Virus record (IMG/VR): IMGVR_UViG_3300008267_000327
Location: 1-60,474 of that record
DNA: 60,474 bases
Source: a virus
Lineage: Duplodnaviria; Caudoviricetes
Strand: one strand, 5' to 3'
Shown here: positions 1 through 8,821 of the stretch, one piece after another
Layout: every line of letters begins with the position of its first letter
Numbering within the stretch: the stretch's first letter is position 1
Notes under the pieces: model-generated
What the model was told of the DNA's origin: nothing
Databases searched by the model: none
The model's input: only the letters and a program-made list of their open reading frames with translations
Translations under genes and position numbers: made by a program

Positions 1-25
1 TTTTATCACCTCACAATATGATTAA

Positions 26-1027
26 GTGAAAACACTTTTAATTGACGGAAATAATCTCTATATGATTGGGTATAACGGAGTTAGAGATTTGTTTTCACAG
101 AATGAACACATCGGTGGAATTTACCACTTTATTAATACAATCAAAAAGTTTTTAGAAGAACATAATTACGACAAGGTGATTGTGTTTTGGGATAGTGAAT
201 CCAACACTTCTATCAGAAAACAAATTTATCCTACTTACAAGGCGAATAGAAAAAACGAGATGAGTGAAGAACAATACGATTCTTATCTTCACCAAAGACA
301 AAGAGTAAAACAGTATTTAGAAGAAGTATTTGTAAGACAACTTGAAGTTCCCGGAAACGAAGCGGATGATTTAATTGGACAATACTGTAAGATTGCATTA
401 GATGAGAATATAACCATCTTCTCTTCAGATAAGGACCTTACACAGCTCATATCAGAAAGAGTCCAAATTTACTCTCCTATTAAGAAAGAATACTATAAAT
501 TAGGTGATAAGATATCACTTAATAAAGTTGATATCCCCCATCAAAATGTGTTATTAACAAAAGTATTTGTTGGTGATAAGTCAGATAACATCTGTGGTAT
601 TGAGGGTTTAGGTGAAAAAACTTTGGTTAAGTTATTCCCTCAAATGCTGACAAAATACATCACTATAACCGAATTATTGGATAATGCTCGTATTTTACAG
701 CAAGAAAAAAAACCACCAAAAATATTAGAAAAAATTTTGACTGGAACCTCAAAAAATGGTATACTTGGTGAAGAGTTCTACAACACAAATTTAAAGATTG
801 TGGATTTAGGAAATCCACTTGTCACAGATGAGGCAAAAGAATTAGTGGAACAGGTGTATGGAGATACAATTGACCCCACAGATAGGGGATACAAGAATCT
901 AATGAAAATGATGCTTGAAGACGGACTCTTCAAGTATCTACCAAAAGATGATAACGCATGGGTTAATTTCTTGAGACCCTTTTTAAAACTTACAAGAAAA
1001 GAAAAAAGAATAATCAACAAAAACTAA
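26..1027 (+). CDS. 5'-3' exonuclease / RNase H (PolI N-terminal, T4 RNase H/FEN-like)
   Basis: LLIDGNN, FWD, YKANRK, EADD, SSDKDL and GDKSDNI-GIEG-GEKT (H3TH) motifs; GTG start. Confidence 0.92.
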   Translation: MKTLLIDGNNLYMIGYNGVRDLFSQNEHIGGIYHFINTIKKFLEEHNYDKVIVFWDSESNTSIRKQIYPTYKANRKNEMSEEQYDSYLHQRQRVKQYLEEVFVRQLEVPGNEADDLIGQYCKIALDENITIFSSDKDLTQLISERVQIYSPIKKEYYKLGDKISLNKVDIPHQNVLLTKVFVGDKSDNICGIEGLGEKTLVKLFPQMLTKYITITELLDNARILQQEKKPPKILEKILTGTSKNGILGEEFYNTNLKIVDLGNPLVTDEAKELVEQVYGDTIDPTDRGYKNLMKMMLEDGLFKYLPKDDNAWVNFLRPFLKLTRKEKRIINKN

Positions 1028-1034
1028 AATAAAC

Positions 1035-1487
1035 ATGAAAGAGCAACAAGACAGCACAAAACTCGAGTTTCTTTTGACACTGAATGACAACATCATTGTT
1101 CAAAGATTTTTTAACGTGAGAGGGTTCAACCCAAAGGCTAAAAACTCATTAGAGTTATATAGCTTCATGAAAAGTATCAAAGAAAGTCTGAGTTATGACT
1201 TGAAAATGAAAACAGTTATCTATATGATGGATAACAAAGACGCGATAATGCATGACCCAAATGTGATGAGCACTTCTTACACAGATGATGCGGAATACTT
1301 CAATCTTTATGTGAAGTTGGGAGAACAGACAATTTGTCACAGAATTTTCGACGGAAAGATGTTTCCACCAAAAGTTCGTTATACGGTTGACGTAAGACCG
1401 TTCTTGAAAGAAATCTTGAGAGGATTGACTGACATCTTTTCAGATTACAAACTAACTTACAAATATTTGGATTATCAGTTGGCTTAA
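1035..1487 (+). CDS. hypothetical phage protein
   Basis: 150-aa ORF packed between the exonuclease and helicase genes. Confidence 0.8.
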   Translation: MKEQQDSTKLEFLLTLNDNIIVQRFFNVRGFNPKAKNSLELYSFMKSIKESLSYDLKMKTVIYMMDNKDAIMHDPNVMSTSYTDDAEYFNLYVKLGEQTICHRIFDGKMFPPKVRYTVDVRPFLKEILRGLTDIFSDYKLTYKYLDYQLA

Positions 1488-1522
1488 AAGATATTTATCA
1501 ATAAAAGGGGGCACCATACATT

Positions 1523-2854
1523 ATGAAAAAAAACTTTGATTATTTAGGGAACACATTTCAGATTCAGTTGATTAGTCAACTCATTATCGACAAATCATTT
1601 GCGAATTCAATAATGGATGTTTTGGACCCCAACTACTTTGATAACAAGTATTTCAAAATCATTATCCAATTAACAAAAGAGTATTACAAAAAGTATGAAT
1701 CAACACCATCTTTTGATACCCTTGAACAACTAATTAAGTCAGAAATTACTCAAGAATTGGTTGCTAAGATTGTGTTGGATACCTTAAAACAAGTAAAAGA
1801 TGCTCCGTTTGAAGGAAGCATGTTTGTCCAAGAAAAGGCATTAAAATTCTGTAAACAACAAGAATTACAGAAGGTAATGGAGAAGGCTCAGAAAATAATT
1901 TCTGAAGGAGATTTTGAATCTTATGACAAGGTGGAGGGTTTAGTTAGAGATGCTTTACAAGTGGGACAAACAGATAATGGTATAACAGATATCTTCTCGG
2001 GTTTGGATGAAGTTTTGAATGAAGATTACAGACATCCGATACCTATGGGAATCCCCGGAATTGATAAATTACTTAAAGGTGGACTGGCGAAAGGTGAGAT
2101 AGGGGTTATACTTGCACCAACCGGAGTAGGTAAAACAACTATCTTAACCAAAATCGCAAACACGGCTTTCAATCTTGGATACAATGTTCTTCAAATATTT
2201 TTTGAAGATAATCCAAAAATTGTTCAGAGAAAACACTTCACTCTTTGGACGGGAATTGAACCGGACAACCTCAACCAACACAGAGAAACTGTGATGTCTA
2301 AAGTTGAAGAGATTAAGAACACAATGCAAAACAGACTGATTTTACAAAAGTTAGCATCTGACACATACAATATGACCAATATTAAAAATATGGTTAGAAA
2401 GATGATTGCGGATGGAACAAAGATTGATTTGATTATGTTAGATTACATTGATTGTGTTACCCCTGAATCATCAAGTAAAGATGAATGGAAGGCGGAAGGT
2501 TCTGTAATGAGAGGGTTTGAAGCTATGTGTCACGAACTAAATTTGGTAGGATGGACCGCAACTCAAGGAAATAGAAGTTCAATTTCATCTGAGGTTGTAA
2601 CAACAGACCAAATGGGAGGTTCAATTAAGAAAGCACAAGTTGGACACGTAATTATATCAATCGCTAAAACTCTTCAACAAAAAGAACTTAACTTAGCAAC
2701 AATTGCTATCACAAAATCTAGATTGGGTAAAGATGGTGTAGTGTTTGAGAATTGTAAATTTAATAATGAACTACTTGAGATAGACATTGAGTCCTCCGTA
2801 ACATTCTTAGGATTTGAAGAACAACAAGAAGAAAGAAAAAAAGAAATGGATTGA
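1523..2854 (+). CDS. dnaB: replicative DnaB/T4 gp41-like helicase (extreme C-terminus possibly cut at a junction)
   Basis: Walker A APTGVGKT, FFED, Walker B LDYID, TATQGNR, KSRLG. Confidence 0.92.
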   Translation: MKKNFDYLGNTFQIQLISQLIIDKSFANSIMDVLDPNYFDNKYFKIIIQLTKEYYKKYESTPSFDTLEQLIKSEITQELVAKIVLDTLKQVKDAPFEGSMFVQEKALKFCKQQELQKVMEKAQKIISEGDFESYDKVEGLVRDALQVGQTDNGITDIFSGLDEVLNEDYRHPIPMGIPGIDKLLKGGLAKGEIGVILAPTGVGKTTILTKIANTAFNLGYNVLQIFFEDNPKIVQRKHFTLWTGIEPDNLNQHRETVMSKVEEIKNTMQNRLILQKLASDTYNMTNIKNMVRKMIADGTKIDLIMLDYIDCVTPESSSKDEWKAEGSVMRGFEAMCHELNLVGWTATQGNRSSISSEVVTTDQMGGSIKKAQVGHVIISIAKTLQQKELNLATIAITKSRLGKDGVVFENCKFNNELLEIDIESSVTFLGFEEQQEERKKEMD

Positions 2855-3408
2855 CTGAAATAAGTAAAATAATACTCATAGAACCCCTCCCTTTTTTAAT
2901 GGAAGACCTCAAAACATGTTATAGTGAATTAAATAAAAGGCATGAGATACATTTTTTAAACATTGGTATAGTAACACAAGACAATCTTCAAAACAATAAA
3001 ATGACAATTATATCAGATAAAAATTCTGAGAGTGAATTAAAAATTACAAGTCCTTTAGCGTCATTTGTAAATAGAAAATCAATAGACGGAGATGCTCAAA
3101 AAATGACTATTGAAGTGAAAACAAAAACCTTCAATTCTCTTTGTGAAGAATTACAGTTGATTGAAATTGAAGAATTACATGTTGATACCGAAGGATATGA
3201 CTATGAAATACTTTTAAGTATTAATACTGATACAATTAAAATAAAAAAAATATATTTTGAAATATGGGCGTTCAATGAAGATGATATCAATGGTTTAATA
3301 AATACAGGTAGTAATTTACTTCCAAAAATTGAAAATAAATATATTGACTACACGAAAGAAATTGTATCAATGGACAGAATGCCAACATATTATTATTATA
3401 AAAATTAA
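2851..3408 (+). pseudogene. FkbM-family methyltransferase, 5'-truncated
   Basis: IILIEP and LHVDTEGYDYEIL..IYFE motifs are present, but SAM-binding motif I (xGAxxG) is absent; the frame is closed by TGA at 2815 with no ATG before the TTG at 2851. Confidence 0.7.
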
Positions 3409-3461
3409 GATATTAAATATCTTGTTTTTCCAAAAAAAACTTATTATTTTTTAATAGAAAT

Positions 3462-3522
3462 TGAGGTCGCTTTATCGGCGACCTTATATTTAATATTAAA
3501 TAACTCTTTTTTAATTAAAAAA
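3462..3522. promoter_or_regulatory. three abutting inverted repeats upstream of the HNH-nrdJ unit
   Basis: AGGTCGC/GCGACCT hairpin (3464-3484); palindrome TATTTAATATTAAATA (3487-3502); palindrome TTTTTTAATTAAAAAA (3507-3522). Confidence 0.5.
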
Positions 3523-4070
3523 TGAATATAACAAATTCAGTGGAGAATATATTATCAGTCGACTGCCCGGTGTGTGGTAAATTAAAAACTTACAAAACAA
3601 TAAAGGGATATAACAAATGTAAAACCAAACCTTGTAAAAGTTGTGCTAATTCACTTAAAAACGGTGGTGATGGTAATATTCATCCTTTTGATGGGTTAAA
3701 AAAATGTGTCAAATGTGATGAAGTAAAATCAGTAGATTTTTTTCATCGGTATAAGAAAACCAATAGATATCATAGTTTGTGTATGGAATGTAAAAAACAG
3801 GCATTTAGAAATTACCAAAAAGAATTTGGTAGGTTCGCCAGACACGGAATTACTAAAAATGACTATGAAGAAATGTATAAAGAACAAAATGGAGAATGTT
3901 TTACCTGTGGAGTGAATTATGATGTTTTATATATAGACCATAACCACACAACAGGTTTAGTTAGAAAGCTACTATGTAGGGATTGTAACTCGGCGTTAGG
4001 ATTATTAAAAGAAAATAAAAAAACAATAAACAATTTAATTAAATATTTAGAAAATTATGGAAATATCTAG
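3522..4070 (+). CDS. HNH endonuclease, endonuclease VII-like, with N-terminal zinc fingers
   Basis: CFTCG..IDHNHTTGLVRKLLCRDCNSALG; several N-terminal CxxC pairs. Confidence 0.88.
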   Translation: MNITNSVENILSVDCPVCGKLKTYKTIKGYNKCKTKPCKSCANSLKNGGDGNIHPFDGLKKCVKCDEVKSVDFFHRYKKTNRYHSLCMECKKQAFRNYQKEFGRFARHGITKNDYEEMYKEQNGECFTCGVNYDVLYIDHNHTTGLVRKLLCRDCNSALGLLKENKKTINNLIKYLENYGNI

Positions 4071-5757
4071 TCGCATTTTAAGTGAAATAACGGTGCACAT
4101 GAAATATTCAAAATACCAACCTGAGTTAAAAAGAAGGGAAACTTGGTATGAATTAGTAACAAGAAATATGGAGATGCATATCAAATCGTATCCCCATTTA
4201 GAACAAGAGATAAGAGACAACTATCAGTTCGTCTATAATAAGCAGGTGTTACCATCTATGAGGTCAATGCAATTTGCGGGTAAACCAATTGAAAATGAAA
4301 GAACAAGAAGATGGTTGGTTGCAGATTCAATTGAAGGTTGGGCCGACGCTGTTAAAGTATTGGTTAAATCATATTTCTTTGGAGGTTCAAAGATTGAATT
4401 TGATTTCAGTGATATCAGACCAAAGGGGGCGAGACTAGTAACATCAGGTGGTAAGGCACCAGGTCCTCAACCACTTAAAGAGTGTTTGATTAAACTTGAA
4501 GGTATATTAGAGGCAAAAGAAGATGGAGATAGGTTGAGTCCAATAGAAGCCCACGATATGATTTGTCATATTGCTGACGCGGTTCTTAGCGGAGGCATCC
4601 GGAGGGCAGCTCTGATAAGTTTGTTCTCTGCAACAGATGATGAAATGATTAGTTGTAAATCAGGTGCTTGGTGGGAAAAACATCCACAAAGAGGTAGAGC
4701 AAATAACTCGGCATTATTACTCCGTCACAAAATCACCAAAGATTATTTTATGGACCTTTGGAAAAGAATTGAGGCAAGTGGTGCGGGAGAACCCGGAATT
4801 TATTTCACAAATGATAAAGATTGGGGAACTAACCCTTGTTGTGAGATTGCTTTAAGACCGTTTCAATTTTGCAACCTTTGCGAAGTAAATGTTTCAAATG
4901 TTGTAAATCAAGAAGATTTTGAATCTAGAATTAAAGCTGCTACGTTTATAGGAACATTACAAGCAGGATATACAAACTTCCACTACCTTAGACCAATTTG
5001 GCAAAGAACAACTGAAAAGGACGCCCTTATTGGAGTATCAATGACAGGTATTGGTTCAGGCGCTGTATTGGCTTTGGATATGAAAACCGGAGCAAAGATT
5101 GTTAAAGCGGAGAACGAGAGGGTTGCAGGATTATTAGGCATCAATAAGGCGGCAAGAACAACAACTGTTAAACCTGCCGGAACAACATCATTAACGCTTG
5201 GAACCTCTTCAGGTATTCACGCTTGGCACAATGAATATTATATAAGAAGAGTTAGAGTTGGAAAAAACGAGGCAATATATGGTTATTTGAGAGACAATCA
5301 CCCCGAGTTGATTGAAGATGAATACTTCCGTCCACACGACACAGCAGTCATTGGTATCCCACAAAAAGCTCCGGAAGGTTCTATATTGAGGAATGAATCA
5401 CCAATTCAATTGTTGGAAAGAGTTAAAAGAGTTCATATGGAATGGATTAAACCCGGACACAGAGGTGGTAGCAACTCACATAATGTATCTGCAACAATTT
5501 CAGTAAGGGAGCATGAATGGCCTGCTGTAGGTGAATGGATGTGGACTGAACGTGAACATTATAATGGTTTATCTGTACTCCCCTTCGACGGAGGAAGTTA
5601 TACCCAGGCACCTTTTGAGGACTGTACCAAAGAAAAATACGAAGAGTTAATGGAAACACTAAAAGATGTTGATTTATCTAAAATAGAAGAATTAGATGAT
5701 GATACACAGTTAGGTGCGGAACTCGCGTGTAGCGGTGCGGGATGTGCGGTAGTATAA
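4057..5757 (+). CDS. nrdJ: class II (adenosylcobalamin-dependent) ribonucleotide reductase with an apparent in-frame internal deletion
   Basis: RETW, PSMRSMQFAG, DSIEGW, GGIRRAA, TNPCCEI, FCNL, VKPAGTTS and C-terminal ACSGAGC; the N-C and GxGVG segment is missing near 4293. Confidence 0.9.
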   Translation: MEISSRILSEITVHMKYSKYQPELKRRETWYELVTRNMEMHIKSYPHLEQEIRDNYQFVYNKQVLPSMRSMQFAGKPIENERTRRWLVADSIEGWADAVKVLVKSYFFGGSKIEFDFSDIRPKGARLVTSGGKAPGPQPLKECLIKLEGILEAKEDGDRLSPIEAHDMICHIADAVLSGGIRRAALISLFSATDDEMISCKSGAWWEKHPQRGRANNSALLLRHKITKDYFMDLWKRIEASGAGEPGIYFTNDKDWGTNPCCEIALRPFQFCNLCEVNVSNVVNQEDFESRIKAATFIGTLQAGYTNFHYLRPIWQRTTEKDALIGVSMTGIGSGAVLALDMKTGAKIVKAENERVAGLLGINKAARTTTVKPAGTTSLTLGTSSGIHAWHNEYYIRRVRVGKNEAIYGYLRDNHPELIEDEYFRPHDTAVIGIPQKAPEGSILRNESPIQLLERVKRVHMEWIKPGHRGGSNSHNVSATISVREHEWPAVGEWMWTEREHYNGLSVLPFDGGSYTQAPFEDCTKEKYEELMETLKDVDLSKIEELDDDTQLGAELACSGAGCAVV

Positions 5758-5776
5758 TAAAAAATAAAAATTACAT

Positions 5777-5803
5777 AAAGCCGGGTGAATTACCCGGCTT
5801 TTT
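5777..5803 (+). terminator. intrinsic terminator after nrdJ
   Basis: AAAGCCGGGT-gaatt-ACCCGGCTTT followed by further T residues. Confidence 0.85.
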
Positions 5804-5805
5804 CT

Positions 5806-5840
5806 ATTATAGGTGATATTTATAGTAAAACACCTATAAT
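5806..5840 (+). promoter_or_regulatory. hairpin covering the HNH start codon, with a TATTTATA motif in its loop
   Basis: ATTATAGGTG (5806-5815) is the perfect complement of CACCTATAAT (5831-5840); TATTTATA at 5817-5824; ATG at 5839. Confidence 0.8.
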
Positions 5841-6354
5841 GTTATTAAAAGAAAATGCAATAAGAAAAGAAAGAATCTATAAAGGTAAAAATAGATATTA
5901 TAATTTTATTTTCCTATGTTCTGGCTGTGGTAAAGAATTAAATGTTCAATCCTCTTCACTTAAAACACACTCAGGTAAGTGTATGAGATGTACACAACTA
6001 AAAGAGCCGTATAAATACATTTATAATGAGTTGAAATTACATAAAAAAAGAACTACTCCGGTTGAATTAACATTTGAAGAATTTCTTGAAATAATTAAGT
6101 CGAGAGAATGCCATTATTGTGGTGAAAAATTGATTTATGAAGAGTATTCTAGGGTTTGGGGTAAAACAAATAGTAGGGCACATCAACTTGATAGGAAAAA
6201 TAATGATTTAGGTTATACAAAAGATAACGTTGTTACTTGTTGTTGGGAGTGTAATAGATTGAAATCAGATAGATTTACTTATGAAGAATTCATTCAGTTA
6301 TCACCAATCTTAAAAAAAATAACAAATGAAAGAAAACAAAAAGGAACAACCTAA
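5839..6354 (+). CDS. HNH homing endonuclease
   Basis: CHYCG..QLDRKNNDLGYTKDNVVTCCWECNRLK; start moved from the GTG at 5785, which lies inside the terminator, to ATG 5839. Confidence 0.85.
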   Translation: MLLKENAIRKERIYKGKNRYYNFIFLCSGCGKELNVQSSSLKTHSGKCMRCTQLKEPYKYIYNELKLHKKRTTPVELTFEEFLEIIKSRECHYCGEKLIYEEYSRVWGKTNSRAHQLDRKNNDLGYTKDNVVTCCWECNRLKSDRFTYEEFIQLSPILKKITNERKQKGTT

Positions 6355-6508
6355 ACTTCTCCCTTCTTATTATTACTATAACGAACAAGGGTTATTTGTT
6401 TTCACAGAAGAATACCATAAAAATAGAGGATACTGTTGTGGAAATAATTGTTTGCATTGTTGTTTTGAACCTAAAGCGCAAAAAGGGAATACTACAATAA
6501 AAAAATAA
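6326..6508 (+). CDS. small Cys-rich protein (DUF5522-like)
   Basis: YYYNEQGLFVFTEEYHKNRGYCCGNNCLHC. Confidence 0.7.
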   Translation: MKENKKEQPKLLPSYYYYNEQGLFVFTEEYHKNRGYCCGNNCLHCCFEPKAQKGNTTIKK

Positions 6509-6528
6509 TCAACATATATTTATAACAT

Positions 6529-6996
6529 ATGGCAGACGGTATTACATATGGTATAAATTTTCCCTTTAGAGATTCTTTGACTGGTGAGTATTTACAACTT
6601 ACACAATATCAAAAGGACGAGATAAGGGCGGATTTAATCCACCTTTTACTTACAAGAAAGGGGTCAAGGTATTATTTACCAACTTTTGGAACTAGAATAT
6701 ATGAATTTATTTTTGAACCTTTTGATGGTTTAACTTTTGACGCAATCGAGTCAGATATTAGAGACGCAATTACCACATTTATGCCAAATCTAATTGTTAA
6801 TAACATAACAATAGAACCAGCATCAATTGAGGATGAATCACCTGCAGGGGCATCTAGTTCTGTTATTGATGATGTTCCATATATATTTAGAGTTCCGGGT
6901 AAAGGAACTGCTGACTATACCGCAAAAATTAAAATAGATTACTCTACAGATTCTGCAACATTTGCTCAGAGTGATTTTGTAATTATTAATATTTAA
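6529..6996 (+). CDS. baseplate wedge protein, T4 gp25/GPW-like
   Basis: GINFPF and LLLTRKGSR..PTFGTRIYEFIFEP; TATTTATA at 6517-6524. Confidence 0.85.
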   Translation: MADGITYGINFPFRDSLTGEYLQLTQYQKDEIRADLIHLLLTRKGSRYYLPTFGTRIYEFIFEPFDGLTFDAIESDIRDAITTFMPNLIVNNITIEPASIEDESPAGASSSVIDDVPYIFRVPGKGTADYTAKIKIDYSTDSATFAQSDFVIINI

Positions 6997-7002
6997 AATA
7001 AC

Positions 7003-8733
7003 ATGGCAAACGGAAAAATATCATATACAGTAAGAGATTACGAAGGAATAAGAACAGAACTTTTTAATTATGTAAGAACATATCAAGAAACTGTTTTACA
7101 ATACGCCCAACAAAGGTCTTCTATTTATAACATTGCAAGAACATATGGATTAAAAATCCCCGGACTGAGACCATCCGTTTCTCTTGTGGATTTTTCAATT
7201 ACTGTTCCAGCATTTGGTGATAAAGAAGACGAAAGATATTTGGGTATTTTATTGAGAGGTTCTCAAGTAAGCGGTGCGGGACAAGTTTTTGAAAACTTAC
7301 ATGATATTGATTTCTCATCCCCTTATAACGCTGAAGGTGCTCCAAACAGATTAAAAATACCTAACTTTAATGGTAATGGTGTCCTTGTAAACTATACAAT
7401 TACTAAAAGAGAAGTTGTTATAAACGGAATAACTAAAGTTTTTAAAAGAACAATAACCGCGAATGATGTTAGGCCATTTTTTGAATTGTTTTTACCTGAA
7501 AAAAACGTTTTAGGAATTACAAGTGTATTACTCAAAAGTGGAACAAATTATACAAACACCCCAACATCTGCGGAGTTTTTAGGTTCTGATAATAGATGGT
7601 ATGAGGTCGACGCTTTGGCGGAAGATAGGATTTTTATAGAAGACCCAACAAAAGTTTCTGACCAACCAGGTATAAAAGTGGGTAAGTATATTCAAACAAG
7701 TAACAGGTTTATGTCTGAATTTACACCTGAAGGGTTTAAGAAAATTATTTTTGGTGGTGGAACAAACTCAGCGCAAGAAGCATTAAATCAATTTACATCA
7801 GTTGGTTCAACTTTAAACTTACAAAATTATTTTAATAATTTTGCTTTAGGTTCTACCTTAACACCTAATTCCACATTGTTCATTCAATATAGAATAGGTG
7901 GTGGACTGGCGACAAACCTCGGCGTCAATGTAATTAATCAGATTGGAACCGTTTCATTTTTTGTAAATGGACCTTCTGATGTTACAAACAATTCTGTTAT
8001 AAATTCTTTGAGATGTAATAATGTCACCGCCGCAATTGGAGGTGCTAATGCACCAACCACTGAGGAAGTTAGAAACTTTGTTTCATTTAACTTTGCGGCA
8101 CAGAAAAGAGCGGTAACCATACAAGATTATGAGGCACTTTTAAGAAACATGCCGGCACAATTTGGTGCACCTGCTAAAGTTGCGATTACAGAAAACAATA
8201 ATAAAATAGACATACAAATTTTATCTTACGATACATCAGGTAAATTAACTAATGTTGTATCTAATACATTAAAACAAAATATTGCAAACTATTTGTCAAA
8301 CTATAGAATGATGAATGACTACATTTCTGTTATGACTGCAGATGTGATAGACTTATCAGTAAACGTTTCTGTAGTTCTAAACGCGGCACAAAACTCAGGA
8401 CAAATCATTACTGATATAATAGATAATGTTTCAAATTATTTTGACCCACTGAATAGACAGATGGGTGAAAATGTTTATTTAGCGGAACTAAAAAGTATAA
8501 TACAAAGACAAAATGGGGTTGTAACAGTAACAGGTCTTGATGTGTTTAATAACGTCGGAGGTCAATATTCATCTTCTCAAACATCTATGACATATTTGGA
8601 CCCTGAAACAAGACAAATAAGACCAATTGATGATACTTTGTTCGCTCAACCAAACCAAATATATCAAATTAGGTATCCCGGAAAAGACATCAAAGTTTCT
8701 GTTAAGAATTTCCAATCTGTCTCTTTTTCATAA
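7003..8733 (+). CDS. baseplate wedge protein, gp6/baseplate J-like (N-terminal segment apparently missing)
   Basis: RDYEGIR, AQQRSSIYNIARTYG, YRIGGG and AIGGANA..QKRAVTIQDY; directly follows the gp25-like gene. Confidence 0.85.
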   Translation: MANGKISYTVRDYEGIRTELFNYVRTYQETVLQYAQQRSSIYNIARTYGLKIPGLRPSVSLVDFSITVPAFGDKEDERYLGILLRGSQVSGAGQVFENLHDIDFSSPYNAEGAPNRLKIPNFNGNGVLVNYTITKREVVINGITKVFKRTITANDVRPFFELFLPEKNVLGITSVLLKSGTNYTNTPTSAEFLGSDNRWYEVDALAEDRIFIEDPTKVSDQPGIKVGKYIQTSNRFMSEFTPEGFKKIIFGGGTNSAQEALNQFTSVGSTLNLQNYFNNFALGSTLTPNSTLFIQYRIGGGLATNLGVNVINQIGTVSFFVNGPSDVTNNSVINSLRCNNVTAAIGGANAPTTEEVRNFVSFNFAAQKRAVTIQDYEALLRNMPAQFGAPAKVAITENNNKIDIQILSYDTSGKLTNVVSNTLKQNIANYLSNYRMMNDYISVMTADVIDLSVNVSVVLNAAQNSGQIITDIIDNVSNYFDPLNRQMGENVYLAELKSIIQRQNGVVTVTGLDVFNNVGGQYSSSQTSMTYLDPETRQIRPIDDTLFAQPNQIYQIRYPGKDIKVSVKNFQSVSFS

Positions 8734-8821
8734 CCAATTTATTTATTGAATTCCTCACCTATTTTTTAAGGTATAGTATTTGTAAAAATACGCCCTAAAC
8801 TATTTATTCAATAAAGACTCA

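Noticed and set aside
3487-3522. NrdR boxes upstream of nrdJ
   Set aside because: The palindromes are 16 bp but lack the ACAC...GTGT-type ends of the NrdR consensus
4057-5757. Intron or intein in nrdJ
   Set aside because: The gene is shorter than expected, not interrupted; no splicing motifs were seen
5785-5838. Longer ORF-track starts (also 38233, 39508, 39918, 44908, 49885, 50467, 54340, 57813)
   Set aside because: The extensions run through terminators, promoters or upstream genes; downstream starts fit better
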